This document shows positions 20,002-29,114 of a DNA stretch of 64,000 bases, one piece after another. Where the stretch lies: positions 23,361 to 87,360 of the IMG/VR virus record IMGVR_UViG_3300005076_000001. The stretch is one strand, 5' to 3'. Made by a program: the position numbers and the translations under genes. Source of the stretch: a virus. Lineage: Duplodnaviria; Heunggongvirae; Uroviricota; Caudoviricetes. The notes beneath the pieces are model-generated. The model did no database searches. It was not told the DNA's origin and was given only the letters and a program-made list of their open reading frames with translations. Each line of letters opens with the position of its first letter. The first letter of the stretch is position 1.

Positions 20002-21987
20002 ATGGCAAATCTTACACCAACAGCAATTTGGGGTGATGTGTTTCAGATCGAAAAAAACACACCTGTTCTTGGTGGCGCAGGAGGTGTTGCGAACCGGCAG
20101 GCACAAGAACTAGCGAATAGGACACAGTTTCTTTACGAGAATATGGGGGAGGAATTTGCCCCTACCTACGCAGCCCTCCGTGCGTATAACGGCAGTGCCA
20201 CTCGGATGCAGGTTGGGGGCCGCACTAACTATTTTGACGGCGCAGGCGGTATTGTTGTTCGTACTGGTAGCCAGCCTGACAACGACGGCACTGTGTGGGT
20301 AGATGCGCTTGGCCGCAGCTGGGAGCGTCAATTTAGTGGTCCGGTAGATATTCGTTGGTGGGGCGCAAAAGGCGGGAACTATAATTCTTCCCCGGCATTG
20401 CAGGCTGCATACAATTACCTTGTATCTACAGGAAACGGTGGAACCATTCTAGTCCCACCTGCACCTGATGGCTATCGATTGGATACCCCACTTAACTTCA
20501 CTGACGCGTGGGTTCCAATTACTATTAAGGGGATGTCTGGGACAAATATCCCAAGCAATCGACCGAATAACTTCCCCTATGGTTCGCTGTTCTGGGCAAA
20601 CACTGGCGGGGTGTGTATTGATATTGCAGGCCGATGCAATTTTGGTTTGGAAGATATTGTTATCGACACGTTCGATACTACAAAATGCCCTACCCCATCC
20701 AGAATTGGTGTGCTTGGCGCTCGTACTACTACGAGCCAAGATAACCAAAACCACCACTTTAAAAACGTGGCGATTTTCATGAAGTCACAACGCCCCAGCG
20801 CCCCGTCCATCGCGCACTATGCTTATGGTACAGAGCTTGGGTATTACGAGAACTGCTGGTACTTTGCCGACCTTCCGGCAGCGTACTGCTTGGCTAACGT
20901 ACTCGGCGTAACGTCTCCACACCGCACACTTGTGGCAAGCGGCGTTTCCGCTACTGCGAACACCGGTAATGGCTGCCGTTTTGTGACAGTTTCCCCCTCT
21001 GACCCTGCCATCTGGTTTGACGGAACTTACGACAACAGCTTTAAGCAGTCATACTTCTACAATGAAAGTGGCGTATTCACCAATCGCCCCGCGCTGCTTC
21101 TAACTGGCAATAACCACAGTTTGTCGGTTGATACTTTCCAGTGCGAAGAGTTTGCAAACGTCTTTGAGCAGTATGGCTCTTTGTTCAACTCCAAGATTAA
21201 GGGGTTTGTTACAAGCACTAGCTACGCAACAGCAGCTAGCGAAATTGGTCGTTTCACTGGCGCGGCGATTACTGTTGATAACAATTTCGAGATTGAAACA
21301 GGCGGAATTGGCGTAGCTTATGAAGCGTACAAAGGCACCACTGCGGCAAGTTCTGTTTTTGCTAACAACAAGTTCAAGTTAAACCAAACTGGCGGATTTA
21401 ATGTATCTTTTGGTGCTAGCAGTAATGTCGGAAATTTGCACTTTGACAAATGGACGGATGACGTGTCCGTGTTGTTGGGTGGGCTAACCAACTCGACAAA
21501 CATCACTGTAAACGGCAAACAAAAAACAATTGGTGCTGTGAATGTTTCTGAGGGGTTTGTTTTCAAGTATGAAGCCAAGCCAAATAGCACGGCCAACTCA
21601 ATTTTGTCTTTTACCGTTCCAAATGGCGATATTGCATATTGTTATTTTGTTGATTACGTTATTAACTCCAGCGCAAAAGAAGCAGTTAAAACTGGCAGAG
21701 TTCAAGTTTCTGTCGCCAGAAAAACTGACCAAGCCATGGTGCTTACCGCTGAGAAATTGCATGAAAACACACTTCAAGCAGCCGGATCAGAAAGCATAAG
21801 CACTACCTTTTCGGTGTCAGGTATTTTTGATCCTGCAACTGGTACGCAGTATGCTTTTCTAACGTGCAACGCCAACTCTTCTGCTGGTGGAACATCCTAT
21901 ATTCGTGGTAGTGTTAAATCGCTAGGCGCAAGCCTACTAAACTCTCCAATTTACGGAAATCAAAATATAATCATTGGAACGGTATAG
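20002..21987 (+). CDS. tailspike / tail fibre with pectate-lyase-like right-handed beta-helix (probable depolymerase)
   Basis: 661 aa; conserved fibre N-terminal anchor; WWGAKGGNYNSSPALQAAYNYL...GGTILVPP pectate_lyase_3-like; body ~55% GC vs ~42% genome. Confidence 0.6.
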   Translation: MANLTPTAIWGDVFQIEKNTPVLGGAGGVANRQAQELANRTQFLYENMGEEFAPTYAALRAYNGSATRMQVGGRTNYFDGAGGIVVRTGSQPDNDGTVWVDALGRSWERQFSGPVDIRWWGAKGGNYNSSPALQAAYNYLVSTGNGGTILVPPAPDGYRLDTPLNFTDAWVPITIKGMSGTNIPSNRPNNFPYGSLFWANTGGVCIDIAGRCNFGLEDIVIDTFDTTKCPTPSRIGVLGARTTTSQDNQNHHFKNVAIFMKSQRPSAPSIAHYAYGTELGYYENCWYFADLPAAYCLANVLGVTSPHRTLVASGVSATANTGNGCRFVTVSPSDPAIWFDGTYDNSFKQSYFYNESGVFTNRPALLLTGNNHSLSVDTFQCEEFANVFEQYGSLFNSKIKGFVTSTSYATAASEIGRFTGAAITVDNNFEIETGGIGVAYEAYKGTTAASSVFANNKFKLNQTGGFNVSFGASSNVGNLHFDKWTDDVSVLLGGLTNSTNITVNGKQKTIGAVNVSEGFVFKYEAKPNSTANSILSFTVPNGDIAYCYFVDYVINSSAKEAVKTGRVQVSVARKTDQAMVLTAEKLHENTLQAAGSESISTTFSVSGIFDPATGTQYAFLTCNANSSAGGTSYIRGSVKSLGASLLNSPIYGNQNIIIGTV

Positions 21988-22010
21988 ACCTAGTATAAGA
22001 GAATAAAATT

Positions 22011-22448
22011 ATGACTCAAGTTAAAAAACAATTTATAATTTCCGAACGTTCTAACAGTGCTTTGAAAGGCGTTGATAAACGTCTGCAAGATGTTGTTGCA
22101 TTGGCAATTAAATACACAACAGAAGATTTCTTTGTCAATGAAGGATTGCGCAGCCTAGAACGGCAGCGCCTGCTTGTCAAGCAAGGAGCTTCTAAAACAA
22201 TGAACAGCAAGCACATTACAGGTCATGCTGTTGACCTTATTCCTGTTGCTGTCAAAGGTGTTATTCCTTGGAACGACACAAAGAAATTTGATGCAATCGG
22301 TAAGGCAATGATGAAGGCAGCAGCAGAGCTTGGTGTTAAAATTCGTTGGGGCAAGGATTGGAATGGGAACGGAATTGCGGATGAGAAGTTTGTAGATAGT
22401 CCTCATTTTGAATTGCTTGATACAGCATCTTTTGTGAAAGGTTTCTAA
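22011..22448 (+). CDS. endolysin, L-alanyl-D-glutamate peptidase (peptidase M15 family)
   Basis: SKHITGHAVDL...DSPHFEL Zn-binding H-x6-D...H signature of M15/VanY-type phage endolysins. Confidence 0.8.
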   Translation: MTQVKKQFIISERSNSALKGVDKRLQDVVALAIKYTTEDFFVNEGLRSLERQRLLVKQGASKTMNSKHITGHAVDLIPVAVKGVIPWNDTKKFDAIGKAMMKAAAELGVKIRWGKDWNGNGIADEKFVDSPHFELLDTASFVKGF

Positions 22449-22639
22449 TGGAAAAGCTTAAACAATTGAAAGCATATGTGCTTGACTTGCTTGCAGAAGC
22501 TTCTACATGGCGTTCCCTGATGTTCTTTGCTACTTTGGCTACAGGGCATCAAATGGATTGGCCTGAAGAGCAGCAGTTGTTTGTTGCTACGTCAGCAGCA
22601 TACGCTATCGGGTTGATGTTCAAGGACAAGACAAAATGA
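22448..22639 (+). CDS. putative holin
   Basis: 63 aa, two hydrophobic segments, charged C-terminus, between endolysin and spanins. Confidence 0.4.
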   Translation: MEKLKQLKAYVLDLLAEASTWRSLMFFATLATGHQMDWPEEQQLFVATSAAYAIGLMFKDKTK

Positions 22640-22971
22640 ACAAAGTGGCGGAACTTGTCTACAAGCTTGTTCCCGCTCTTCTCATTGTTATTTCTGTATT
22701 CGCTTCTGGCTGGTTTGTACGTGGCTGGAGCGATGCAGAGGACAGGTTGAAAGAAGAGAAGGCAATTGCAGAGCAACGTATTGCAATTGAGAAGCTTGCT
22801 AACAGTACATTGCTTGAACTTAAAGATACATTGTCTGACATTAAGGCTCAAGGGATTAAAGAGCGCACCATCGTTCAGAAAGAGACACAGAAGCCTGTGT
22901 ACAGCCAACAATGCTTTGAACAGAGCGGTGTAGATATTGTCAACCAAATGGCTAAAGGGAACAAGCAATGA
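22636..22971 (+). CDS. i-spanin (Rz-like)
   Basis: N-terminal TM, periplasmic coiled coil; precedes lipoprotein gene. Confidence 0.55.
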   Translation: MNKVAELVYKLVPALLIVISVFASGWFVRGWSDAEDRLKEEKAIAEQRIAIEKLANSTLLELKDTLSDIKAQGIKERTIVQKETQKPVYSQQCFEQSGVDIVNQMAKGNKQ

Positions 22972-23246
22972 AACACATTCTAATTGCATTGTCCGTTGTT
23001 CTTTTGTCTGCTTGCTCTACAACGAAGGTGGTTTTGCCTGCTGAAACATTCAAGCCGGAGCTTACACAAATGTGTTCCCCTGTCTTGGCTGAAATGAAAG
23101 GGGTGGATGGCAAAGCTGTTTTCGTAACATTGCAGGCTTGGCATGAAGAATACAGACGTTGTGAAGCATTGAACAACAGCAAAGCCTCTTACATGCTCAA
23201 GCTACAAGAGCTTGTAAAGAAGCAGAATAGTTTGATTACATTCTAA
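22968..23246 (+). CDS. o-spanin (Rz1-like outer-membrane lipoprotein)
   Basis: Signal peptide with lipobox LSAC; 92 aa; follows i-spanin. Confidence 0.6.
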   Translation: MKHILIALSVVLLSACSTTKVVLPAETFKPELTQMCSPVLAEMKGVDGKAVFVTLQAWHEEYRRCEALNNSKASYMLKLQELVKKQNSLITF

Positions 23247-23251
23247 AACAG

Positions 23252-23277
23252 AAAGCCCTCCAATTAAGGAGGGCTTT
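23252..23277. terminator. bidirectional rho-independent terminator at convergence of + late and - early blocks
   Basis: AAAGCCCTCC-aattaa-GGAGGGCTTT 10-bp stem flanked by A-tract and T-tract. Confidence 0.7.
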
Positions 23278-23294
23278 ATTCTATTGCTTAAATT

Positions 23295-23483
23295 TTAGGC
23301 AAACAAGCCAAGAATGCTACCGAGAGGGGCAAGAACAATACCTGCTGCTCGTGCAATCTGGAGTGTATCAAACAGAGGCAAGGCTTGAACAAATGCAACG
23401 ATGTTCATAATCCAACCAACAAAAGCCGCAATCCAGAGACCCACCACAACCAAACCAAAACCAGCACCAAACAGTTCTTTCAT
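23295..23483 (-). CDS. small membrane protein (2 TM)
   Basis: 62 aa hydrophobic ORF with RBS. Confidence 0.35.
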   Translation of the reverse strand: MKELFGAGFGLVVVGLWIAAFVGWIMNIVAFVQALPLFDTLQIARAAGIVLAPLGSILGLFA

Positions 23484-23497
23484 TTTATTCTCCTTTC

Positions 23498-23776
23498 TTA
23501 CAGATTAGCCAGCTCGGCAGCTTCGTCCATCAGAGCCTTCTGTTCTGTAGCTTGTTGTTTAGCGTACAGAGCAAGAGATTTCTTCAGAGCTTTAATTTGA
23601 CCTTTGTGTTCCTTTCGGCACCAACCGAGGCCATCAATCAAGCTATCAACATCGTCTTTCTGCATTTGCTTGATGTTGTCAATGTCTCGTGCGTTCTTGG
23701 CATATTCGGCACGAGTTGCCTTGTACAGCTCCACTTGATGTGCATTCATGGAAATAGTGAAGTTCAGTTCGTTCAT
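23498..23776 (-). CDS. hypothetical protein
   Basis: 92 aa ORF, operon context downstream of nrdA. Confidence 0.35.
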   Translation of the reverse strand: MNELNFTISMNAHQVELYKATRAEYAKNARDIDNIKQMQKDDVDSLIDGLGWCRKEHKGQIKALKKSLALYAKQQATEQKALMDEAAELANL

Positions 23777-23790
23777 TTGATTCTCCTTAA

Positions 23791-23985
23791 TTAGAATTTA
23801 GAAATACGTTGTTGCAGAATGATAAAGTATTCAGACATTTTAATCAACTGTTTTTGAAGTAGTACGTAATCTTCAATACCAATACTGTCTGCAACAAAAT
23901 CAGGGTTGGTGTAAAGATACTTGTGAAGTTTACTGATTTTCTCGCCAAGCTCGTCTTTCTCTTCTATGACTTCCCAGTTTTGCAT
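23791..23985 (-). CDS. hypothetical protein
   Basis: 64 aa ORF with AAAGGAGAAGAAA RBS. Confidence 0.35.
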   Translation of the reverse strand: MQNWEVIEEKDELGEKISKLHKYLYTNPDFVADSIGIEDYVLLQKQLIKMSEYFIILQQRISKF

Positions 23986-24072
23986 TTTCTTCTCCTTTAA
24001 ATGGAGGCTACGCAGCGTAGCCCCTTCATGTGTTACATATTAAGTTGTTTCAGCCAGTGTGTCAACAACTGT

Positions 24073-25794
24073 TTATTGGCAAGCCAAACATTCACCACTA
24101 CTGCTACTTACAACACCACGACTACTGTAGATGTAGTAGAGAGAAAGAATGTCTTCGTTCTCAAAAGCCTCTTGATGCACTTCAGCAATCAACTCTTCAC
24201 TTGCATTACCAGCAAAGTAGAGGTTGAGCGACTGACCTTGACAAATACGTCGTTGACGTGCTGCTGCCATACGGATAATTGCTTTCTGGTCAATTTCAAA
24301 TGCTGTCTTGAACACAAGCTTCTCTTCGGGTGTCAGCCAATCAACGTGTTGTACACTGCCCTGACCAGTCACAGTATCGCTGATACACTTCTCTACGTCA
24401 AGCCCTTTCTTCTTAATTAGTTCAAGAAGAACAGGATTGATACGATCTACTTCCCCTGCTGCCGTGAGTTGTGTAAAGCTCATCGCCATATCAGGGCCAA
24501 TACCTTCACTAATACCACCGTAAATCAATGCTGTGCTCTTTGTTGGAGCAATAGCAGTACGATGAGTGAAACGTACACCATACCCTTCACACCACTCAGG
24601 TTCGCCAAGAACAGAAGCAAGCCACTTAGAAGCTTCCAGCGATTGCTTATCAATGTGCGCAGCAATTTGGTTAGAAAGCATGTGTGCCTCAAAACCCTCA
24701 AACGGCAACATCTTCTTCTGGAACAGAGTGTGCAAACCACCTTGACCCAGACCAATTGCCCGACCTTTCACGGTGGAAGCAACAGCTTTCTCAAGACCTG
24801 CAATCTTGCTGCCTTTCTCGATAAAGTCACTTACAACACAATCGAGGAACACAGTGGCAACAAAAACAGCATCAGTATCTTTCCATTCGTCCCATTTACT
24901 GTCATTCATCCAAGAAAGCACACAAGTATATGTCAAATCTTTCGAAGAATGCAGCATAATTTCCGAGCAAAGCTGGCTTGCCTTGACATAAAGTTGCTTG
25001 TCTACGTACATTTGTGGGCGTTGTCGATTAACTTTATCCACAAACATGAAGTAGCCACGACCAAACACCATCTTCAGTTTCAGGGCTTTCTTGAACCGGC
25101 GATGTGCTTCCTTGTCTCCGTTGTTTAGTTTATCAACAAACTTGTCCTTGACAATCCAACCAACATTTCGACCATCAGGCTCTTTCTCGATAACACCCAC
25201 GAGTTCGTCAAAGTCACCGTGCTCAATGTCAACGTAACCAGCCCAGCCACCTCGACGGTTACTGCCTTGGCTCACGTCCACCATATCCTGCACAAAGTGT
25301 TCGTAGACAGGCACCAAACCTGCTGCTGTGCCGCCACGAGAGATAGGGCTACCACGAGGACGAATATCACTCAAATCAGTGGCTGTACCGAAACCTTCCT
25401 TGGTGAGCATAGCAACTTCACGATAAGCATCATAGAAGCCCAGCACACTGTCGTCAATAACACTACCTGCACAAGAGACAGAACAACCACGCTCTGTACC
25501 CATGTTGGCGAGAACAGGTGTACTACCAGCCATCCAGCCTTTCCACATAATCTCAAAGAATGCAGATTCCCATGTACGACCTACAGGCCAGTTTTCAGGA
25601 TAGGCTTTAGGGGCATGTTTTGCTGCTGTCTTTGCAATACGCTCAAATTGCTCACGAACATTGGTTGCTTGATAGAGGTATTTATTCTTGAACATCTGCC
25701 AGCCTGCTGTTGCCATCCAATCAGGAATTAGCCCTTCTTGCTGCAACATCTTACGTTCCATGCTCAGTGCTTCATACGCATTCACTACTGTCAT
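24073..25794 (-). CDS. nrdA: ribonucleotide reductase class I large subunit (no ATP cone)
   Basis: 573 aa; active-site region NMGTERGCSVSC; C-terminal redox-active Cys pair in ...GECLACQ; start overlaps nrdB stop. Confidence 0.8.
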   Translation of the reverse strand: MTVVNAYEALSMERKMLQQEGLIPDWMATAGWQMFKNKYLYQATNVREQFERIAKTAAKHAPKAYPENWPVGRTWESAFFEIMWKGWMAGSTPVLANMGTERGCSVSCAGSVIDDSVLGFYDAYREVAMLTKEGFGTATDLSDIRPRGSPISRGGTAAGLVPVYEHFVQDMVDVSQGSNRRGGWAGYVDIEHGDFDELVGVIEKEPDGRNVGWIVKDKFVDKLNNGDKEAHRRFKKALKLKMVFGRGYFMFVDKVNRQRPQMYVDKQLYVKASQLCSEIMLHSSKDLTYTCVLSWMNDSKWDEWKDTDAVFVATVFLDCVVSDFIEKGSKIAGLEKAVASTVKGRAIGLGQGGLHTLFQKKMLPFEGFEAHMLSNQIAAHIDKQSLEASKWLASVLGEPEWCEGYGVRFTHRTAIAPTKSTALIYGGISEGIGPDMAMSFTQLTAAGEVDRINPVLLELIKKKGLDVEKCISDTVTGQGSVQHVDWLTPEEKLVFKTAFEIDQKAIIRMAAARQRRICQGQSLNLYFAGNASEELIAEVHQEAFENEDILSLYYIYSSRGVVSSSSGECLACQ

Positions 25795-26807
25795 TAATTC
25801 GCCCCTTTCTTAGTTTTCCACACAAACCCATCTTCATTCCAGCCACGTTGATATTCACGACCAACGCCAGAAGTAAAGAAGTCAATCATCTGAATCTTTT
25901 GCACACCACTGTAAAACCATTTGGCAATCGGATTATCACCCACAGGGAACATCGCGTCAATGCCCAAATCAGCGAGACAGATGTTCAACCGGCTACGAGC
26001 AAACTCTTTCAACTGATGTGCGTTAATACCTCGTGGGTCGCCTTTGGCACAAAGCATTTCACAAATACGCTCTTCATGCTCCAACACACTGATTGCTGCT
26101 TGCTTAATCTTTTGTTGAATCTCCGCCACTTCTTCTTGGGAAAGTTGAAGCTCTTGCAGTGCAATGTTGTAAAGCAATGCACCAGCTGTTTGGTGCAAAC
26201 CTTCATCAATGGCAGATTGATTAATCCCACGTACAGTGTTGCTAATTAGGTTGTTACCGTTGCTTTGGAAGTTCTTAAACAAGGCAAAGCTACTGAACAG
26301 TACAGCACCTTCCACAAGAGAGAATACAGCCAAGTCAACCAAATCATCAGAGCTATTTACAATCTCATCCAAGAACTCCATACGAGCTTTTAACACAGGG
26401 TCTTCGATGTAACTCTCGTAAAAGCTGTCTACGTTCAGACCAAGTACTTGATTGAGCTTATCATAAAAAACTGCATGTATGCCCTCTTCAACCATGCCAA
26501 ACACTGCGCACAATCGCTGCACTTCAGGGCGCGGGAACATCTTACGAACACGGCCATTCCAGTGTTCACCACCAACAAACAGCTCGTATTTTACAAATAA
26601 CTTCAGAGCCGTCGATACAGCATGTTTCTCTGCCTCTGTCATATTCACCAGAAGGTCTTGCTTGTCTTTCTCTACATCCATCTCTGTTGCTGTCCAAAAG
26701 CAATCCACAAGCTGCTTATCAGCAAGCTCTACAATCTGTGGATAGTAGGTTACGTAGCTTTCTGTTGGTGTAAAAATGCGAGAATTGTATTTTCGAGTCA
26801 TATTCAT
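25794..26807 (-). CDS. nrdB: ribonucleotide reductase small subunit
   Basis: 337 aa ferritin-like di-iron protein immediately upstream of nrdA. Confidence 0.8.
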   Translation of the reverse strand: MNMTRKYNSRIFTPTESYVTYYPQIVELADKQLVDCFWTATEMDVEKDKQDLLVNMTEAEKHAVSTALKLFVKYELFVGGEHWNGRVRKMFPRPEVQRLCAVFGMVEEGIHAVFYDKLNQVLGLNVDSFYESYIEDPVLKARMEFLDEIVNSSDDLVDLAVFSLVEGAVLFSSFALFKNFQSNGNNLISNTVRGINQSAIDEGLHQTAGALLYNIALQELQLSQEEVAEIQQKIKQAAISVLEHEERICEMLCAKGDPRGINAHQLKEFARSRLNICLADLGIDAMFPVGDNPIAKWFYSGVQKIQMIDFFTSGVGREYQRGWNEDGFVWKTKKGAN

Positions 26808-26813
26808 CCTTTA

Positions 26814-27344
26814 TTAAATGTGTTCACAAACAACATCACCTTCACCAATACCACGAATATCTTTCACAACACGCGTCATGGCATTGATGAGCTGTTCAAC
26901 CTGTACACTATCTTTTTCCCATTCAGGGTTGGAAGATTTACGACGTGCAGCATTGCTAAATGTCTTACGTGCAAACTCTTGCAAATCCCTATCCCCAATA
27001 CCTTCTTGGCTTGCTCTAATCATATCGCTACGTAGTTCATCATCTTTCTGGCTGTTAATACGAGCTTCCATTGAAGCATACCTACTGTTCAACCAACCAA
27101 TATCTGTTCGCTCATAACCTGTAACAGAAAAATCCATCACAGCCTCTCCATCTAAATTACGATGTTTATTGAATTGATACTCCACCTCACGATTTAGATT
27201 AATGCCGAGCTCATGCAAGAAAGGGCGTAGCTCTTCATCTGTTTCTTTAGAGATGAATTGCTCTTGTGTCATCTCTTTAAAGCGTGGAATTTTAACAATA
27301 TCTGTGTAGCTTACACGCTTAATACCAATTGTACGAAATGTCAT
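26814..27344 (-). CDS. hypothetical protein
   Basis: 176 aa ORF, operon context. Confidence 0.35.
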   Translation of the reverse strand: MTFRTIGIKRVSYTDIVKIPRFKEMTQEQFISKETDEELRPFLHELGINLNREVEYQFNKHRNLDGEAVMDFSVTGYERTDIGWLNSRYASMEARINSQKDDELRSDMIRASQEGIGDRDLQEFARKTFSNAARRKSSNPEWEKDSVQVEQLINAMTRVVKDIRGIGEGDVVCEHI

Positions 27345-27601
27345 TCCATTTCCTCCATATTTTTCTTAGCTTTTCCAAGTATTTCTTTCCATTCTTCTTG
27401 ACCACTGCCTTCACTGTTCTCAAGAATATATTTTGTTACACTGTCATAAGCTAGCTGTTGTAACAGAAAAGAATATTCTTGTGGAGCATCAAAGCAACGC
27501 TCTTCAATTGTGTACACAACATTCTCGACATTGTCTCCAATAACAAATTTGAAATAAGTGTTAATGGAATGCCCTTGCTCTTTTCGATATAGTGTTTGCA
27601 T
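27341..27601 (-). CDS. hypothetical protein
   Basis: 86 aa ORF. Confidence 0.3.
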   Translation of the reverse strand: MQTLYRKEQGHSINTYFKFVIGDNVENVVYTIEERCFDAPQEYSFLLQQLAYDSVTKYILENSEGSGQEEWKEILGKAKKNMEEME

Positions 27602-28531
27602 TTATTTCTCCTCGTTAGGTAGAAACTCATTCAGTGTAACAGAAACAAAATTGTAAGGCTTGAGGAGCTTGTTGTCGCTCTTGCGTTTCACCACCCACAC
27701 ATCATACACCTCATTGTATTGCTTGTAAACATCTTCTCCCTTGTTTTTATACATCTCTACTGTCTTATCAGCTTCATCTTCTGTGTCGTGGTATTTTGTG
27801 TCATTGTTAGCTGCAACGGCAGACAGGCCACCAAGAACATCATACCCCAACACTTCAGCTTTTGCAATAAGGCCAAGAGATGTGACGAGAACATCATCAA
27901 TACCATCCAGCAGCCCAAGCTTGTCTAGCTCTGTACGCCACTCATAGAAAGTACCATCAGCGTCTTCCCACGTTGTTACCATTGCATCATACGTTTCTTT
28001 AAGCTCTTCATTCACCCGTTCCAGCTGATTCAACAAACTTCCATACGACTGTGGATTGCCAATAATTGCATTAAAGCGTTCAATAGCTCGGAAAGCAAGA
28101 ATCAGCTGCTCTTCACGACGTGTAATTGGAATGTTGCTCAAAGCCATAGATGTGTCCTTTTTGCTGTTGTTAAAGAATCTGTTGATAAGTTCAACATCAG
28201 GATGGTCAAGAGTGGTGAGTTGGTAATCTGTACTGAGGTCTACAATATACCCAACACCACCTTGTTTCACAAACTCATCCCAAACTTTTTGTTCTAGAAC
28301 ATACTTTCCAACATACGCTTCACGAGCATAACCCTTCCAAACACAAACAAGATTGTCTGGTAGATAATCATACTCAAAATCACTCAGTTCCTTTTGTACT
28401 TTGTGGAACAATTCTTTATATTCCTCAGATGCTACGTAAATGATAGCAGCACCTTTATATGGCAGCAATGACATTATTTCTTCTCCTTCATTTAATAAAG
28501 CGTTTTTCACCGTATGTCTGGCCTTTTTCAA
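27602..28531 (-). CDS. hypothetical protein with MazG-like NTP pyrophosphohydrolase-like C-terminal half
   Basis: C-terminal region LERVNEELKETYDAMV...EWRTELDKLGLLDGIDDVL...LGLIAKAEVLG resembles MazG E-x2-E...D motifs. Confidence 0.3.
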   Translation of the reverse strand: MKKARHTVKNALLNEGEEIMSLLPYKGAAIIYVASEEYKELFHKVQKELSDFEYDYLPDNLVCVWKGYAREAYVGKYVLEQKVWDEFVKQGGVGYIVDLSTDYQLTTLDHPDVELINRFFNNSKKDTSMALSNIPITRREEQLILAFRAIERFNAIIGNPQSYGSLLNQLERVNEELKETYDAMVTTWEDADGTFYEWRTELDKLGLLDGIDDVLVTSLGLIAKAEVLGYDVLGGLSAVAANNDTKYHDTEDEADKTVEMYKNKGEDVYKQYNEVYDVWVVKRKSDNKLLKPYNFVSVTLNEFLPNEEK

Positions 28532-28727
28532 TCAACGTGTTTGCGTCTTCTTTACTCACGAAGAAAACATCGCCATTGAAAATCTCTTTACCAACAATAG
28601 CCTCCACGACAACTTGAGGAACGAAATAGCCGTAGCTGTAGTCGTTAGCGATAAACACACGTACAGTGTTGTTCCAACCAGAAGGCATAACCCCTTCTGT
28701 AACACTGATTCTAACTTTGTTTTCCAT
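28488..28727 (-). CDS. hypothetical protein
   Basis: 79 aa ORF downstream of promoter at 28763-28791. Confidence 0.3.
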   Translation of the reverse strand: MENKVRISVTEGVMPSGWNNTVRVFIANDYSYGYFVPQVVVEAIVGKEIFNGDVFFVSKEDANTLIEKGQTYGEKRFIK

Positions 28728-28762
28728 TGGTTTCTCCTTAATTTCCCAACTGACGAATATAC

Positions 28763-28791
28763 ATTATATCATGCACATTACGTCTTGTCTA
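28763..28791 (-). promoter_or_regulatory. sigma70-like promoter TAGACA-N17-TATAAT (minus strand)
   Basis: read on minus strand: TAGACA (plus 28786-28791) N17 TATAAT (plus 28763-28768). Confidence 0.4.
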
Positions 28792-28873
28792 CAATTATTT
28801 CAGAACAATGTGTTTGCAATAAAGAACAACACAATAAGTATAGTAATGTACACGGCAATGCTTTGGAATACGT

Positions 28874-29056
28874 TCATTTCATTTCACCTTTAATGTCGTG
28901 AGCAAAGATTTCCAAGTCTTTAATCACGTAATGATTGCCACCACGACTGCCATCTACCCATACACCTTCTCGTGCAACCTGAAAGCCAACACGTTTAAGG
29001 ATTACGTCCATAACAGCACGTTCAAATTCTTCTTGTGTCTCAAATACAATAGCCAC
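28874..29056 (-). CDS. hypothetical protein
   Basis: Track ORF starts at GTG 29086 inside a terminator hairpin; in-frame GTG near 29056 with AAAGGAGAGA RBS is more plausible. Confidence 0.25.
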   Translation of the reverse strand: MAIVFETQEEFERAVMDVILKRVGFQVAREGVWVDGSRGGNHYVIKDLEIFAHDIKGEMK

Positions 29057-29089
29057 TTCATCTCTCCTTTTGTTAACAGAAAGCACCTC

Positions 29090-29110
29090 CCGTGATTGGG
29101 AGGCACATTT
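29090..29110 (-). terminator. minus-strand terminator after exonuclease gene
   Basis: minus-strand GCCTCCC-aatcac-GGGAGGTGC then TTTCTGTT. Confidence 0.4.
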
Positions 29111-29114
29111 CTCA

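Noticed and set aside
24073-25794. nrdA possibly truncated or split (573 aa, short for class Ia)
   Set aside because: N-terminus aligns with the start of the catalytic barrel region of cone-less RNRs, and C-terminal Cys pair is present; no upstream exon found, so treated as an intact ATP-cone-less enzyme.
29057-29086. GTG start of ORF 28874-29086
   Set aside because: Lies inside the terminator hairpin of the upstream gene; a downstream in-frame GTG with a strong SD is more plausible.
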